A stretch of 64,000 nucleotides of DNA from a virus (IMGVR_UViG_2731957752_000002:1-64000); one strand, 5' to 3'. Positions 32,501 through 42,799 are shown, counted from the stretch's first letter. Made by a program: numbers and translations. The notes: generated by a model from the sequence alone, not told the origin.

Positions 32501-32842
32501 GTGAGGCAGCTACCACCATCACCCTTCAAAGACGCGCCCTGCACGTCCGAAGAGTCGCGGGAATGGATGCGCCAGCACCGCGGCGCCTCCCAATGGGACT
32601 TTCGCATCGACGGCGAATCCGACTTCGCTGCGAAAGAGCGTCGGCTCCGGTCCCAACAGCTGTGCGGCTCATGCCCGGCCAAGGCGAAGACCGCATGCGC
32701 GAAGATCCACGCCGACTTGGTAACCGAGTATTCGACGTCGATCCCCGGCATATGGGCGGGCCGCATCTGGCGCGACGGCGACGACAGCCCCAAGACCCCT
32801 AACGTGATCCCGCTCTACACGCACGACGACCTCGCCGCCTAA
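32501..32842 (+). CDS. WhiB-family transcription factor
   Basis: C...LCGSCPAKAKTAC...GIWAG. Confidence 0.75.
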   Translation: MRQLPPSPFKDAPCTSEESREWMRQHRGASQWDFRIDGESDFAAKERRLRSQQLCGSCPAKAKTACAKIHADLVTEYSTSIPGIWAGRIWRDGDDSPKTPNVIPLYTHDDLAA

Positions 32843-33020
32843 CCGTCCGAGGAGGACTCACTCATGGCTGACAACCAGCCGATCGACCCTCGGGAACCGA
32901 AAGGTGTTCTGCGGGGTCTGCAACACAAGCCGATGTACGAGGGCACCGTCTCGCACTCGGAGGTCGCGAAGCGGCGCACCAAGAACAAGGCCGCCCGCAA
33001 AGCGCGGAAGCAGCAACGAC

Positions 33021-33407
33021 GTGGCTGAACGATCATGGCGCGGCCTGGCGCCCGACCTCCGTGACGGATGCGTGTTCTGCGACCGCATCGCCGCAGAAGA
33101 CTACGAATACGAATACGCCGACACCGTCGTCCGGTTCACACCCCTCAACCCAGTCACGCCCGGACACATGCTGTTCCTGCCCGCCTGGCACGCCGAACAC
33201 CCACACGCCGAAGCAGTCCGAGTGTCGATGAGCTACGCCGCGACGTACGCCAACAGCCAGGGCGAGGACTTCAACCTCATCACCTCCAGCGGACCAGCAG
33301 CCACTCAATCTGTCGCGCATATTCACTGCCACTACGTTCCGCGGCGACCGGGTGACGGCCTGCACCTGCCGTGGACCGGTCAGAAGAAACCGAGGGCCGC
33401 CGCATGA
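33021..33407 (+). CDS. HIT-family nucleotide hydrolase
   Basis: CVFC, PLNPVTPGH, ATQSVAHIHCHYVPR histidine triad. Confidence 0.92.
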   Translation: MAERSWRGLAPDLRDGCVFCDRIAAEDYEYEYADTVVRFTPLNPVTPGHMLFLPAWHAEHPHAEAVRVSMSYAATYANSQGEDFNLITSSGPAATQSVAHIHCHYVPRRPGDGLHLPWTGQKKPRAAA

Positions 33408-35209
33408 CCGCCGCGACCCGGCTCCGCCGCGCCCGCAAGGCGTACCGGTGCGACACCTGCGCACTCCGCAGCATCAAAACCGGCCAACAGTACCTGGAGG
33501 GCACCATCTTCCCAGGGCATGACTCGGGTCTGGCAGACACGGTAGGGCATCCGGTGCGTCTCCGCGAATGCTTCGTATGCGCCGAGCGGTACGGACGCGA
33601 CCACCTGTTCACAGACGACGAATGGCGGTGCCGATGACCGCCGCGACCCCGCCCGCGTTCGTCTACATCCAGCGCGCGGAGAAGCTGATCCACGAGCTGC
33701 CAGCAGGCACAGAGTTCGTGAACGCCGACATCTACGCACGCATGAAAGCGGCAGGCTGGCCTGACATGCCGGAACCCCGCCAGTTCGGGCCGATGCTGCT
33801 GCGTCTCCGCCGTGAAGGCGTCATCGAAAAAGCAGGAGTCCAGGCAACAGCCGCCCGATCACACGGAGGAGTCGCATCCGTGTGGCGCCGAACCCGAATG
33901 GAGAAGACGACATGACCGACCCGCAAACCCTGATGCGGAAACCGTGGCTCGCCGCCGAACCTCAGTCCATCTGGGACATCACCGGCGACTACCCGTATGG
34001 CGGCACCTTCACCAACTGTCTCGCCCTGGTGCTGCCGCTCCACGTTACCGACGGGCACTTGTTATTCGAACTCCTGCCGCCTGCTGCCGGGTTCAGTTCA
34101 CATATCTCGCCTGACTGGATCACATCCGCGCGCCGCCTGATCTTGGTGGATGCGCAGAACCCGACCGAGGCGTACTTCGCTGACGAACAGGATTTCCTTG
34201 ATGACCGATCGTGACCTCATCACCGAAGGGCGACGGTTGCTCGCCGAAGCCACCAACGGGCCATGGCAAGTCACCGATCTGCGCAATGCCGAGGACGGAA
34301 ACCGGGACTGCCTGTGGGTTGATAGCTGGGGCGGCCCAGAAGTTGAGGGTGTGCCGCACTCTTACGCGACCGTCGCTGAGATGACCGAAGACGAAGGACT
34401 GCAAGTCATTTGGGGGCTCGCCGACGCCGAGCTGATCGCGTGGATGCGCAACAACCTCGGCACCATCCTCGACGAGTGGGAAGCCGCCCGCAACACCTAC
34501 GAACAGTTGCAGCGAGACACCCAAGAAGGGTGGACAGCGATCGCCACCAAACAACAGCGGGACGCCCAGCTCATCGCCGACCTTCAAACGCAACTGCGAG
34601 GCGTGTCATGAACCCAACCCAACACGTCCTCACCCGCGTCGACACCGGCGGCAAATCGTATGCCGCGCAATGCCTGTGCGGGTTCTCCTCGGTCTCCTAC
34701 AACCGGCAAAAAGCCGTCGCGAACCTCTACTCGCACGTCATCCACGCGAGCAAACCGGTCTGCCCGACACCGAAGAAGAAGGCGTACCCCAACCAGGTGC
34801 ACGCGGAAAACGCCATCCGCAACTACATCCTCCGCCCAACACCTGGCGCCCGACCCGCACGCGCCTACCAATGCCCATCCGGACAGCACTGGCACACGAC
34901 GAAAAACGTCGCCCGCGAAAGGCGCATCGCATGACCACCCAAACCCTCGAAATCGTCGACGGCATCGAACACCTCGACCACGAAGTGATGTGTGTGAGCA
35001 AGCTGCATCAAGACGGCGCTCGTCCGCCAGCGGAACTATTCATCGACCAGCACGGATGCCGCGACTACCTGTTCTGCGCAGCATGTGAGGCGCACGATCG
35101 GCGAGTGATCGAAGACGCGCTCGCGAATGGGGCCGACGTGTTTTGTATCAGGTGCAAGCAACAGTTTTGGGCGTACGGAAACCTGTACACGCGGGTGATG
35201 CCGCTGTGA
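33404..35209 (+). CDS. Run of short hypothetical genes (33404-33637, 33634-33915, 33912-34214, 34201-34611, 34608-34934, 34931-35209)
   Basis: Coupled ORFs; Zn-finger-like and wHTH-like members; 34201 has Ead/Ea22-like ATNGPW...ADAELIAWMRN. Confidence 0.6.
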
Positions 35210-35592
35210 CCAGCAAGCAGAAGCGCAAGGGCGACGAGTTCGAGCGGCAGCAACGCGACTTCTACCGGCTCGCCGGATTCCCCCACGCCGAACGGACCCG
35301 CGCCGGATACGAGCGCGACGGCGGAGACATCCACCTCGACCCCACCGTAGGGCTGGCGCCCGGAGTGATCGCCCAATGCAAGAACGTCGTCACACCACGA
35401 TGGACGGAATGGGTGACCGGGCTCCGCGAGCAGACCGAAACCGCCGGCGCCGAGGTGGGGTTCATCGCATGGAAGCGCCGCGGGGTCGGATGGCCCGGTG
35501 ACCAGCTGGCGATCATGCCGATGACTGAATTCCTGGAGCTGCTGCGCCGCGCAGGCTACGGGCTGCCGCTGACCGACCAGGAGGCCGCGTGA
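35206..35592 (+). CDS. PD-(D/E)XK Holliday junction resolvase (Hjc-like)
   Basis: KRKGDEFER, DGGDI, AQCKN. Confidence 0.8.
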   Translation: MTSKQKRKGDEFERQQRDFYRLAGFPHAERTRAGYERDGGDIHLDPTVGLAPGVIAQCKNVVTPRWTEWVTGLREQTETAGAEVGFIAWKRRGVGWPGDQLAIMPMTEFLELLRRAGYGLPLTDQEAA

Positions 35593-36366
35593 CCGCCGTC
35601 TATGACGAGCCCTTGTTGCCGCCGCCGGGTGAGCCTGCGACGTCACGTGACGAATACAGGATCACCTACCGGGACCCGGAAACCGGCGAAGAATTCACCC
35701 TCCTGTCGGACAGGGCGACGTGGTTGGAGAAACGCAACGGGCTCCGCAAGATGGGCTACCCCGTCGTCGTCCAGAAACGCCAAATCCACACCACCGCATG
35801 GGAACAAGTAGGGGACAAGTGATGGGCGACCGGCTGTCCGACGAACTGTTCGACGAGATCTCGCATGCAATCCCGTTCCCCTACATGGGCGGCGACTACC
35901 CCGAAAACCTCAGCCAGCAGGCACGGGAGTGGATCGGCCCGGACGGCGGAACCCTGTCGCTGCTGAACGAACTACGAGACGAACGCGCCCGCCTCGCTGA
36001 AGCCGTCCAAGCCATGAGTAAAAGCCGCATGATGGAACCGATCTACGTTTCCGCGGAGGATTTGCGTCTAGATTCGTCGGCGGCTGACTTGCAGGCGCTT
36101 GTCGCAGAGGTGCACAGCCTGGCGCTCATGCACTGGGACGCCGACTTCGGGACTGCGCTCCGGTACGGCGAAGGTGTGTGGCTGCATTGACGGTCGCGGA
36201 GTTGATTGCACGGTTGTCGGAGTTCCCGGCCGAGCTGAGTGTGCAGATCGAGTTTGAAAACCCGCTCGAAGACGGCGGATGCATACTCGAAAACCTCACT
36301 GTCACTGGGGTGAAGTTGGAGCAATCTAAGTTCCCGTGGCGCGGGCATACGGTCACCATCTTCTGA
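35589..36366 (+). CDS. Three hypothetical genes (35589-35822, 35822-36190, 36178-36366)
   Basis: Coupled ORFs. Confidence 0.55.
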
Positions 36367-36424
36367 GCACGAAAACCCGGTTTGACTTGATCGATACGCT
36401 TCATTTGAACACGAGGAGATGCTA

Positions 36425-36556
36425 ATGAGCGTCGACAAATTCAATGAAGCAGACGAGCGAGACTATGACCCGCTCGACGAATTCTTGCCCTCGGTGAAAG
36501 GTCTCCCGTGGGTGGTGTATGAGGAGACCGAACCCGATGAACCGGACTGCAATTAG
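36425..36556 (+). CDS. 43-aa acidic peptide
   Basis: GAGGAG SD; MSVDKFNEADERDYDPLDEFLPSVKGLPWVVYEETEPDEPDCN; below ORF-track cutoff. Confidence 0.55.
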   Translation: MSVDKFNEADERDYDPLDEFLPSVKGLPWVVYEETEPDEPDCN

Positions 36557-36839
36557 TGGTGTGGCGGTCGCTGTCCTGGTTGCTGCGTGGGCTGTGTGCG
36601 TTCGCTTTACTTTGGCTCAGCTGGTTCGCGCGGCCGAGAACATCGACGACACCGCAACAGGCGATGAGTAAACGCGTGGGCGTCGCCCAATACGTGTGCC
36701 TCTCCCACGGCTGCCCGCTGTGGACCGGACGTGAACTCACCAAAGAGGAAGTCCGCGCCCTCTCCCTCGCGCACGCCCTCCAACACCACACCCGGCCCAT
36801 CGCACCCGCCGACCTCTTCGGCGAACAGGAGAACCCCGA

Positions 36840-37184
36840 ATGATCGTCGCGATCAAACGCCAGTTCGACGCAATCAAAATGTACGGGAGTTGGGTAGATC
36901 TCGTGTGGCCGGTGGGCTGGATCGGCGTGGCCGCGTGGGCTTGGAGCGCCAGCCAGGGAGCGATTGCGTCGTACTCCGTCGGAATGTTCGTCTGGAACGT
37001 TGTGTTCGCGCTGCAACAGCTCAAAGTCCGCGCGCTGACCGACGAGAACGAACGCCTCCGGAGGCTGAACCAGCCGACGAACGTCTACAACATCACAACC
37101 GGGAATCCGCTCGACACCTCGGAAGCGGTCCGGCAGGCAGCGCGTTTGCAGCACATGGAATTCCGGCATGACCGCCGACGATGA
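36840..37184 (+). CDS. Two-TM membrane protein
   Basis: Hydrophobic N-half, ATGA overlap. Confidence 0.6.
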   Translation: MIVAIKRQFDAIKMYGSWVDLVWPVGWIGVAAWAWSASQGAIASYSVGMFVWNVVFALQQLKVRALTDENERLRRLNQPTNVYNITTGNPLDTSEAVRQAARLQHMEFRHDRRR

Positions 37185-37735
37185 TGACGACACCTATGTG
37201 CCGCGCTACCAGGTGGACAAGATCACGGTTAAGCCCGGCCAGCTCGCGAAGATGGCGGCCAGCGGTGCCGTACCCAGCCCCGAACTGCGGGCCGCGATCG
37301 AACGCGCGAGACAACGCCGTCATGGATGACTACGACGACATCCCCGACTGGCTCGACGCTGACGACTGCTGCATCGCCTGCGGACACTTTTGGACGGACT
37401 GCACATGCCCCTGATGCCGTGGCGACGCAACCGCGAACACCGCACCAAACCGCGCCAGTTCTACGACAACGGCTCACCCTGCACCGCCCAGTTCTGCCGC
37501 GCCTACGACGAATGCCCCTGCCTGGATGCCACACGCCAGGACGAACAACGGAGAGAACGTTGAGCGAGACCGAGAAGTACGCCCGCGGCGGCATCATCCG
37601 AGGCGGCGCGCCGATCAAGCTGTCTGAACGGCTCGGCATCGGAATCGACGGCGTATGCATCTACGCCGCACCAGAACCCGTCCTCACTCCTGAAGAGATG
37701 GGGCGCATCGTCAACGAACCTGCTCAGGAGGACGA

Positions 37736-38134
37736 ATGAAGAACACCAAGTGGCTGCGGGTCGCGGCTGCGATGGCCGGTATCACGCTCGCCGCTAGCCT
37801 GATGGCGGGCTGCTCGTCCGACGCCGACGTAGCCAACGAAAACATCAAGAAGGCCGCCGAACAGTTCGAGATCAGCCGCCGGATCGTCGCCATCAACGGT
37901 GTCACCGACAAGTACCTGCTGGTTGTCGAGGGCAGGTGTTCCATCGAGTGGCCGGACAGTCGCGCTGACATCATCTGCAAGCTCGACGACGGCTCCTACA
38001 TCAAGCACACGGTGCACCTGTCCGACAACGTGACCGTGATGTCTGAGCAAACCAACGGCACGCAGGTCTCCACCGACCACTACCGGGTTGTCTTCAAACC
38101 TGAAGTGCTGCTGCCCAACGTCGACCGGCCGTGA
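37736..38134 (+). CDS. Lipoprotein
   Basis: Signal peptide with lipobox LMAGC. Confidence 0.8.
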   Translation: MKNTKWLRVAAAMAGITLAASLMAGCSSDADVANENIKKAAEQFEISRRIVAINGVTDKYLLVVEGRCSIEWPDSRADIICKLDDGSYIKHTVHLSDNVTVMSEQTNGTQVSTDHYRVVFKPEVLLPNVDRP

Positions 38135-38206
38135 CCTTGACGAATGCACCCTGAGCTGCCAGTTGCGATGTGTGCGCGAAAACCATCAACACGACGGAGA
38201 TGAGCA

Positions 38207-38599
38207 ATGAACGGCGTGCGCCAGATCTATCGGGGACGCATACATGAAGCCCCATGCGGCGAACATGACGACGCCCTATTCCTCGCCGATATCGATGTTC
38301 CCTTAGCTGAGCGCATCGAAGACGGGCTAGACCAGTGGGGACGGTTCGCGACAGTCCGCTACTGGATCACCGACACCGAACGGTGCGCCGAAGAACTGAC
38401 CGACAACCTCGCCAAGATCGCAGTCGGCGCCATCGATGCCGACTACACCCACTGCTACTCCGAGTACACCGGATACCTGTGGACCGACGAGGAATTGAAC
38501 GTCGGCGGCCACGACCTCCTAGACGAGCTGCGCACGCATCTCGGGCGGTTCGCTCACATCGAGTTCGAGTACTGCGTGGAGGCACCCAACCTTGAGTGA
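38207..38599 (+). CDS. Hypothetical protein
   Basis: GGAG SD; YSEYTGYLWTDEELNVGGHDLL. Confidence 0.7.
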   Translation: MNGVRQIYRGRIHEAPCGEHDDALFLADIDVPLAERIEDGLDQWGRFATVRYWITDTERCAEELTDNLAKIAVGAIDADYTHCYSEYTGYLWTDEELNVGGHDLLDELRTHLGRFAHIEFEYCVEAPNLE

Positions 38600-39248
38600 A
38601 GCGACCCCTGAGCTAGTCGCGGGCGCGCACACCGCCTTTGTCGACGCTGTCCATGCGCTCATCGGCCTGCGCCCCGACACCATCACCCGCGACGACGGAA
38701 CCACCACCATCGTCCTCGACAGCCTCTACGCCGAACTCCTCGAAGCCCGACACGGCGAACAACGCAGCGACCCAACCGCCGGCACCGTCTACAAATCCCG
38801 GCCGCCCTTGTGGATCGACGCCGCGAGCCTGCTGCATCAGATCGACCGCACCGTAGCCGGATGGTGGCGTCACCTGCCCGCGGACGACCACGGCCTGCCC
38901 GCCACCGTGCGACGTTTGCATGCCCTCGTCGACCACGATTGGCGCCCGCAGGATGTGGGGGAGTTGCGGCGGATGACACGCACCGTCGAAGACTGGGTGC
39001 AGCGCGTGAAAACGCTGCTGCCCGAGGAAGTCACACACACGTGGGAGTTGCGAGCTGCCTGCCCGGCTTGCGGTGAAACCACCCTGCATGTTGACGACGG
39101 CAGCGGGGAGCTGGTGCGGCGGGCGGTGTTGCAGGCCAACCAATCCGGTGCGCACTGCCTCGCCTGCACAACCACGTGGGCGCCTGAATACTTCGCGATC
39201 CTCGCTCGAACGATCGGCGCGGGCCTCCCGGAAGGCGTGCTCGAATAA
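38592..39248 (+). CDS. Zn-ribbon protein, possible transcription regulator ending the early/middle operon
   Basis: CPACG...HCLACTTTW; directly before a promoter and the ncRNA cluster. Confidence 0.6.
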   Translation: MSEATPELVAGAHTAFVDAVHALIGLRPDTITRDDGTTTIVLDSLYAELLEARHGEQRSDPTAGTVYKSRPPLWIDAASLLHQIDRTVAGWWRHLPADDHGLPATVRRLHALVDHDWRPQDVGELRRMTRTVEDWVQRVKTLLPEEVTHTWELRAACPACGETTLHVDDGSGELVRRAVLQANQSGAHCLACTTTWAPEYFAILARTIGAGLPEGVLE

Positions 39249-39253
39249 CGCTG

Positions 39254-39283
39254 TTGCATCCAGTGAATGCGATGTGTTACAGT
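39254..39283 (+). promoter_or_regulatory. Promoter for the Y RNA-Ro60 operon with overlapping operator
   Basis: TTGCAT(39254)-18 nt-TACAGT(39278) with extended -10 TG; GCATCCAGTGAATGC at 39256-39270 is the exact reverse complement of 713-727. Confidence 0.75.
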
Positions 39284-39299
39284 GAATGAAAGCATCGGA

Positions 39300-39372
39300 T
39301 CCCGGTGCGAACGCAGACGGTTACTTCTCATTCTGGTTGATAAAGACACCGACTGCGGTCATGTTCTCGGGA
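39300..39372 (+). ncRNA. Y-RNA-like element 1 (minimal, no tRNA module)
   Basis: TCCCG/CGGGA, CGCAG/CTGCG, CGGT/ACCG stems; shares GGTTACTTC with elements 2 and 3. Confidence 0.6.
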
Positions 39373-39384
39373 GACAACTTCACA

Positions 39385-39528
39385 GGGGCGCTGGTCCGTA
39401 GGAGTGGGTTACTTCGCATTGGGAGCGCGTAGAGCGGGTTCAACTCCCGCCATCTCGCCATAGCGCGAGATGTGGTGTAACGGCAGCACTCGTACACGTC
39501 ACCTACACCGTCTTGTTGTCAGCGCCCT
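39385..39528 (+). ncRNA. Y RNA, YrlA-type with permuted tRNA-like domain
   Basis: 5' GGGCGCTGGTCCGTAGGAGTGGGTTACTTC pairs with 3' CTTGTTGTCAGCGCCC; T arm GCGGG-TTCAACT-CCCGC, closed acceptor-like stem CATCTCGC/GCGAGATG, D-loop-like TGGTGTAACGGCAGCAC; upstream of TROVE gene. Confidence 0.88.
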
Positions 39529-39578
39529 ACTGTGACTGCCTCCCAAGGGCATCCGGGAAACCGGGGAGAACTTCACAA

Positions 39579-39686
39579 GGTGCTGATCCGTAGAAGTGGG
39601 TTACTTCTTTGGTTGAAACTCGCAGTGCTCCTGCGAGCTAGCGGTTCAAACCCGCACGTCACCCACCTCGCCTTGTTGACAGCACC
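39579..39686 (+). ncRNA. Y-RNA-like element 3 (hairpin + T arm module)
   Basis: GGTGCTGATCCGTAGAAGTGGGTTACTTC...CACGTCACCCAC...CTTGTTGACAGCACC; CTCGCAG/CTGCGAG hairpin; GCGG-TTCAAAC-CCGC T arm. Confidence 0.8.
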
Positions 39687-39735
39687 GCTTGAAGCCTCCC
39701 AGCGCAATCCAGGAACCCGTTGGGAGGCATTTCTT

Positions 39736-41409
39736 ATGGCCCGCTTCAATACCCCCGCCAAGGCACGCCCAGTCGCTGTCGGACCGATCCGCACCAAGAG
39801 CAAGAAGACCACCACCCACGAGGGTGCGGACGGATTCTTGCGCGACGCACGCTCCGAACTGCTTCTTTTGGCAGTCTCAAATTTCGTAGGCACCGACTCC
39901 TTCTATGAGTCCGCTGCCGTCCGTGACGGTCGCTACCAGAAGCTCGTGCGGAAGATGGCCGTCAAAGACGGCGACTGGACCGCCCAGCTCCTCGCGTGGC
40001 TCCGCGGCCCCGAAGCCAACATGCGCACCGCATCGCTCGTCGGCGCCGCCGAATACGTGAAAGCCCGCCTCGACGCCGGCATCACAGGCAACAACCGGCA
40101 CGTCATCTCGTCCGTTCTTCAGCGCGCCGACGAGCCGGGGGAGATGCTGGCCTACTGGGCCTCGAAGTACGGCTGGCCGGGAGGGCGCACACCCCACGAG
40201 AGCGGTAAGATGCCGACCGCGCCGGTGCTCCCGCAGCCGGTCAAGCGAGGCGTTGCAGACGCGGCGGTCAGGCTGTTTTCGGAACGGTCGCTGTTGAAGT
40301 ACGACACCGCATCCCACGGCTTCCGGTTCGGCGACGTCATCGACCTCACTCACCCCGAGCCCAAAGCTGACTGGCAGTCCGACTTGTTCCGGCATGCCCT
40401 CGATCGCCGACACAACCGGGGCGAGAACATCCCCGACGCGCTGAACATGTTGGTGAAGAACCGGAACGTCCGCAACTGGACACCGGAGGAGATCGTGAAG
40501 CGCGCGAATTACACCGGTGACGAACTGACGCCATTGTCGGAGGTGCTCGCGCAGTCCGGCATGACATGGGAAGACGTTCCGTCGTTGGTGAACGGACCGT
40601 GGACGAAGGAACTGTGGGAAGCCATCATCCCGTCCATGGGCTACATGGCGCTGCTGCGTAACCTCCGCAACTTCGATCAGGCGGGCGTGTCCGACAAGGT
40701 GGCGGCGCAGGTGATCGCGAAACTCGCCGACCCCGAGCAGGTTGCGCGGTCGCGGCAGCTGCCGATGCGGTTCCTGTCCGCGTACAAGGCGGCGCCGTCG
40801 CTGCGGTGGGCGTACCCGCTGGAGCAGGCGTTGGATCACTCGCTCAGCAACATTCCGAAGCTCGCGGGCCGCACCCTGATCCTCGTGGACACCTCGTCGT
40901 CGATGGACGCTGGCTTCAGCAAGGACGGGACGCTCATGCGGTGGGATGCCGCGGCGCTGTTCGGGATCGCGTTGGCGTCGCGTTGCGCGGACGCGGACGT
41001 GGTGTCGTTCTCGTCGACTGCCATCTACTGGGGTGACCCTGTCGGCGCGAGGACGAAGGTGTTCGACCGCCCGCGTGGTGAGTCGCTGCTGAAGTCGCTG
41101 GACCGTTGGAAGTCGGGTGGCTGGTTCCTCGGCGGCGGTACAGCCACCCGAGAAGCCGTGCAGAAGCATTTCGCGAACCACGACCGTGTCGTCATCCTCA
41201 CCGACGAACAGGCGGGCGGCACAGGGAATCCTGGCGCGGCAATCCCCAAGCAGACGCCGCTGTACACATGGAACCTCGCCGGATACCGAGCGAGTCATGC
41301 GGAGTCCGGTCCGTTCAGGCACACGTTCGGCGGGTTGAATGACAGCGGCTTCCGCCTGATTCCGTTGTTGGAATCCGGGCGCAACGGCACGTGGCCGTGG
41401 ATCTCCTGA
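39736..41409 (+). CDS. TROVE-domain Ro60/Rsr RNA-binding protein with C-terminal vWA domain
   Basis: TTHEGADGF, FYES, NMRT, LQRADEPGEMLAYW, MGYMALLRNLRNF, SRQLPMRFLSAY, LVDTSSSM (MIDAS), GGGT, ILTDEQ, WNLAGY; GGGAGG SD. Confidence 0.95.
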   Translation: MARFNTPAKARPVAVGPIRTKSKKTTTHEGADGFLRDARSELLLLAVSNFVGTDSFYESAAVRDGRYQKLVRKMAVKDGDWTAQLLAWLRGPEANMRTASLVGAAEYVKARLDAGITGNNRHVISSVLQRADEPGEMLAYWASKYGWPGGRTPHESGKMPTAPVLPQPVKRGVADAAVRLFSERSLLKYDTASHGFRFGDVIDLTHPEPKADWQSDLFRHALDRRHNRGENIPDALNMLVKNRNVRNWTPEEIVKRANYTGDELTPLSEVLAQSGMTWEDVPSLVNGPWTKELWEAIIPSMGYMALLRNLRNFDQAGVSDKVAAQVIAKLADPEQVARSRQLPMRFLSAYKAAPSLRWAYPLEQALDHSLSNIPKLAGRTLILVDTSSSMDAGFSKDGTLMRWDAAALFGIALASRCADADVVSFSSTAIYWGDPVGARTKVFDRPRGESLLKSLDRWKSGGWFLGGGTATREAVQKHFANHDRVVILTDEQAGGTGNPGAAIPKQTPLYTWNLAGYRASHAESGPFRHTFGGLNDSGFRLIPLLESGRNGTWPWIS

Positions 41410-41717
41410 ACCTGGTTTCGGGTCTGCTGGGGTGGAGGAGAGCGCAGGCGGCTGGTCGTGCGCTCTCCGCCCAGCTGGCGGCCAACCGGAACGCATTCAA
41501 AGCCGACCTCGTTCGGGCGCGTGAGGACGCTGGACTGAGCCGTGAGGACGTCGCCGAACGGCTTGGTGTCAGCGTCGAGCACATCGCCCGGTTCGAGGAT
41601 CCGAAAGCCAACCCGCGACTGCAAATGATCTGTTCCTACGCGCATGCGATCGGCGCGATCGTGGCGTTCGATGTCCGACCGTTCGAAGGGGATAAGGTTG
41701 CGAAACAAGCTGGGTGA
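41391..41717 (+). CDS. XRE-family HTH protein
   Basis: LVRAREDAGLSREDVAERLGVSVEHIARFEDPKANPRLQMICSYAHAIG. Confidence 0.85.
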   Translation: MAVDLLNLVSGLLGWRRAQAAGRALSAQLAANRNAFKADLVRAREDAGLSREDVAERLGVSVEHIARFEDPKANPRLQMICSYAHAIGAIVAFDVRPFEGDKVAKQAG

Positions 41718-42005
41718 CTGGTGGTTCTACGCCCATCAGCGCGGAGTGTTCATGCACTGCAAAGGCATGTTCTGGACCTGCTTTGCCGACAACATCGCCG
41801 CTGCTGTTCTGCGGCGGGAACTCACATGGGCGGACCCAACCGTTCGCTGGCACTCCCGCACCGCGGATCGTGTCGGGCTCCGATACGCCGAGAGCGAGCA
41901 GGAACGCGCCGAATGGGCCGCCGCTGCTGCGGAATTCGACGCCCGCCTGGACGCCCGCGTCGCGCGCGCCCGCTCGATCCGGAGGCTCGGATGGGGAAGC
42001 GGTCG

Positions 42006-42799
42006 ATGAAGACACTCGCTGACCTGTACCGCCTGCACGTCGGCGACGAAGTCGTGTTGAAGCTGCATGACGGTTGCCCCGGTTACACAGGTGCCGATCA
42101 CCTGGCGGCGGGTGACGGCATGCCCATCCAGCACGAATGGGGAAGTGCGGAGGAGGCAGAGTTCGTCTGCTTCGAACGCATCAACGCATGCGCTCTCTCG
42201 ATATGGCGAGAGGGCCGCTGCATCGACTGGATGTGGTTGAACAACGGCGACTCACTACCCGTGAGGTGCCGCCCTGGAGGCACCCTGAAGGTGCGTGTCA
42301 GCCAGAGAGGAAGGTGGGCATGAGCGGCAACGAAGTTCTCGTGATTCTCCCGCCGATCAGCGACGACGATGTGTCGACCTCGCTGCGGGCACTCACACGC
42401 GCGATCGCCAACGCCACCAGACAGGTACTTTGGGGCGGCCTCGGTGGAGATGACGGGTACGGGCTCGCCCACGAGACAGACGTTTTCGTGATGCGCCCCT
42501 TCTACTGGGGTGACTGCGACTGCGGGCACATGGACCGCATCAACAACCGCTGGTACGACCTCGACTTGGACAATCACCCTGGCGGATGTGACTGCGAACA
42601 GTGCGCCGCCTACAGCGAATGGGTCAACAAGCAAGGCAGGTGCCTGCCGACGTGCTCGACCGAGCTGCCGAACTTCCTGTACAAGCCGACCGGCGCGCGG
42701 GTCGAGTGGTACAAGTGGATCGGCCGTGACATGGAGATCAAAGGCGACCTGCCCGCGGACTTCCTCACCCATTGCCTCCAGTCCCTGGAGGGTGCGTGA
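42006..42799 (+). CDS. Two hypothetical genes (42006-42323, 42320-42799)
   Basis: Coupled ORFs; second has RPFYWGDCDC...PNFLYKP...WYKWIGRDME. Confidence 0.65.

Noticed and set aside
39434-39490. Conventional tRNA gene
   Set aside because: Arm order is T, acceptor, D with no anticodon arm, which is the YrlA-type permuted mimic
39300-39686. CRISPR array
   Set aside because: Repeats are paired 5'/3' arms of folded units with tRNA-like interiors, not identical repeats with uniform spacers; no cas genes
39532-39735. N-terminal extension of the TROVE ORF given in the ORF track
   Set aside because: Overlaps Y RNA unit 3; ATG 39736 has a GGGAGG SD and gives a typical MARFN start
39877-41496. Long antisense ORFs (also 2068-3330, 29533-30744, 43974-45296, 48862-49983, 59467-60849, 21698-22762)
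   Set aside because: Shadows of well-supported genes on the other strand, expected in high-GC DNA; no motifs
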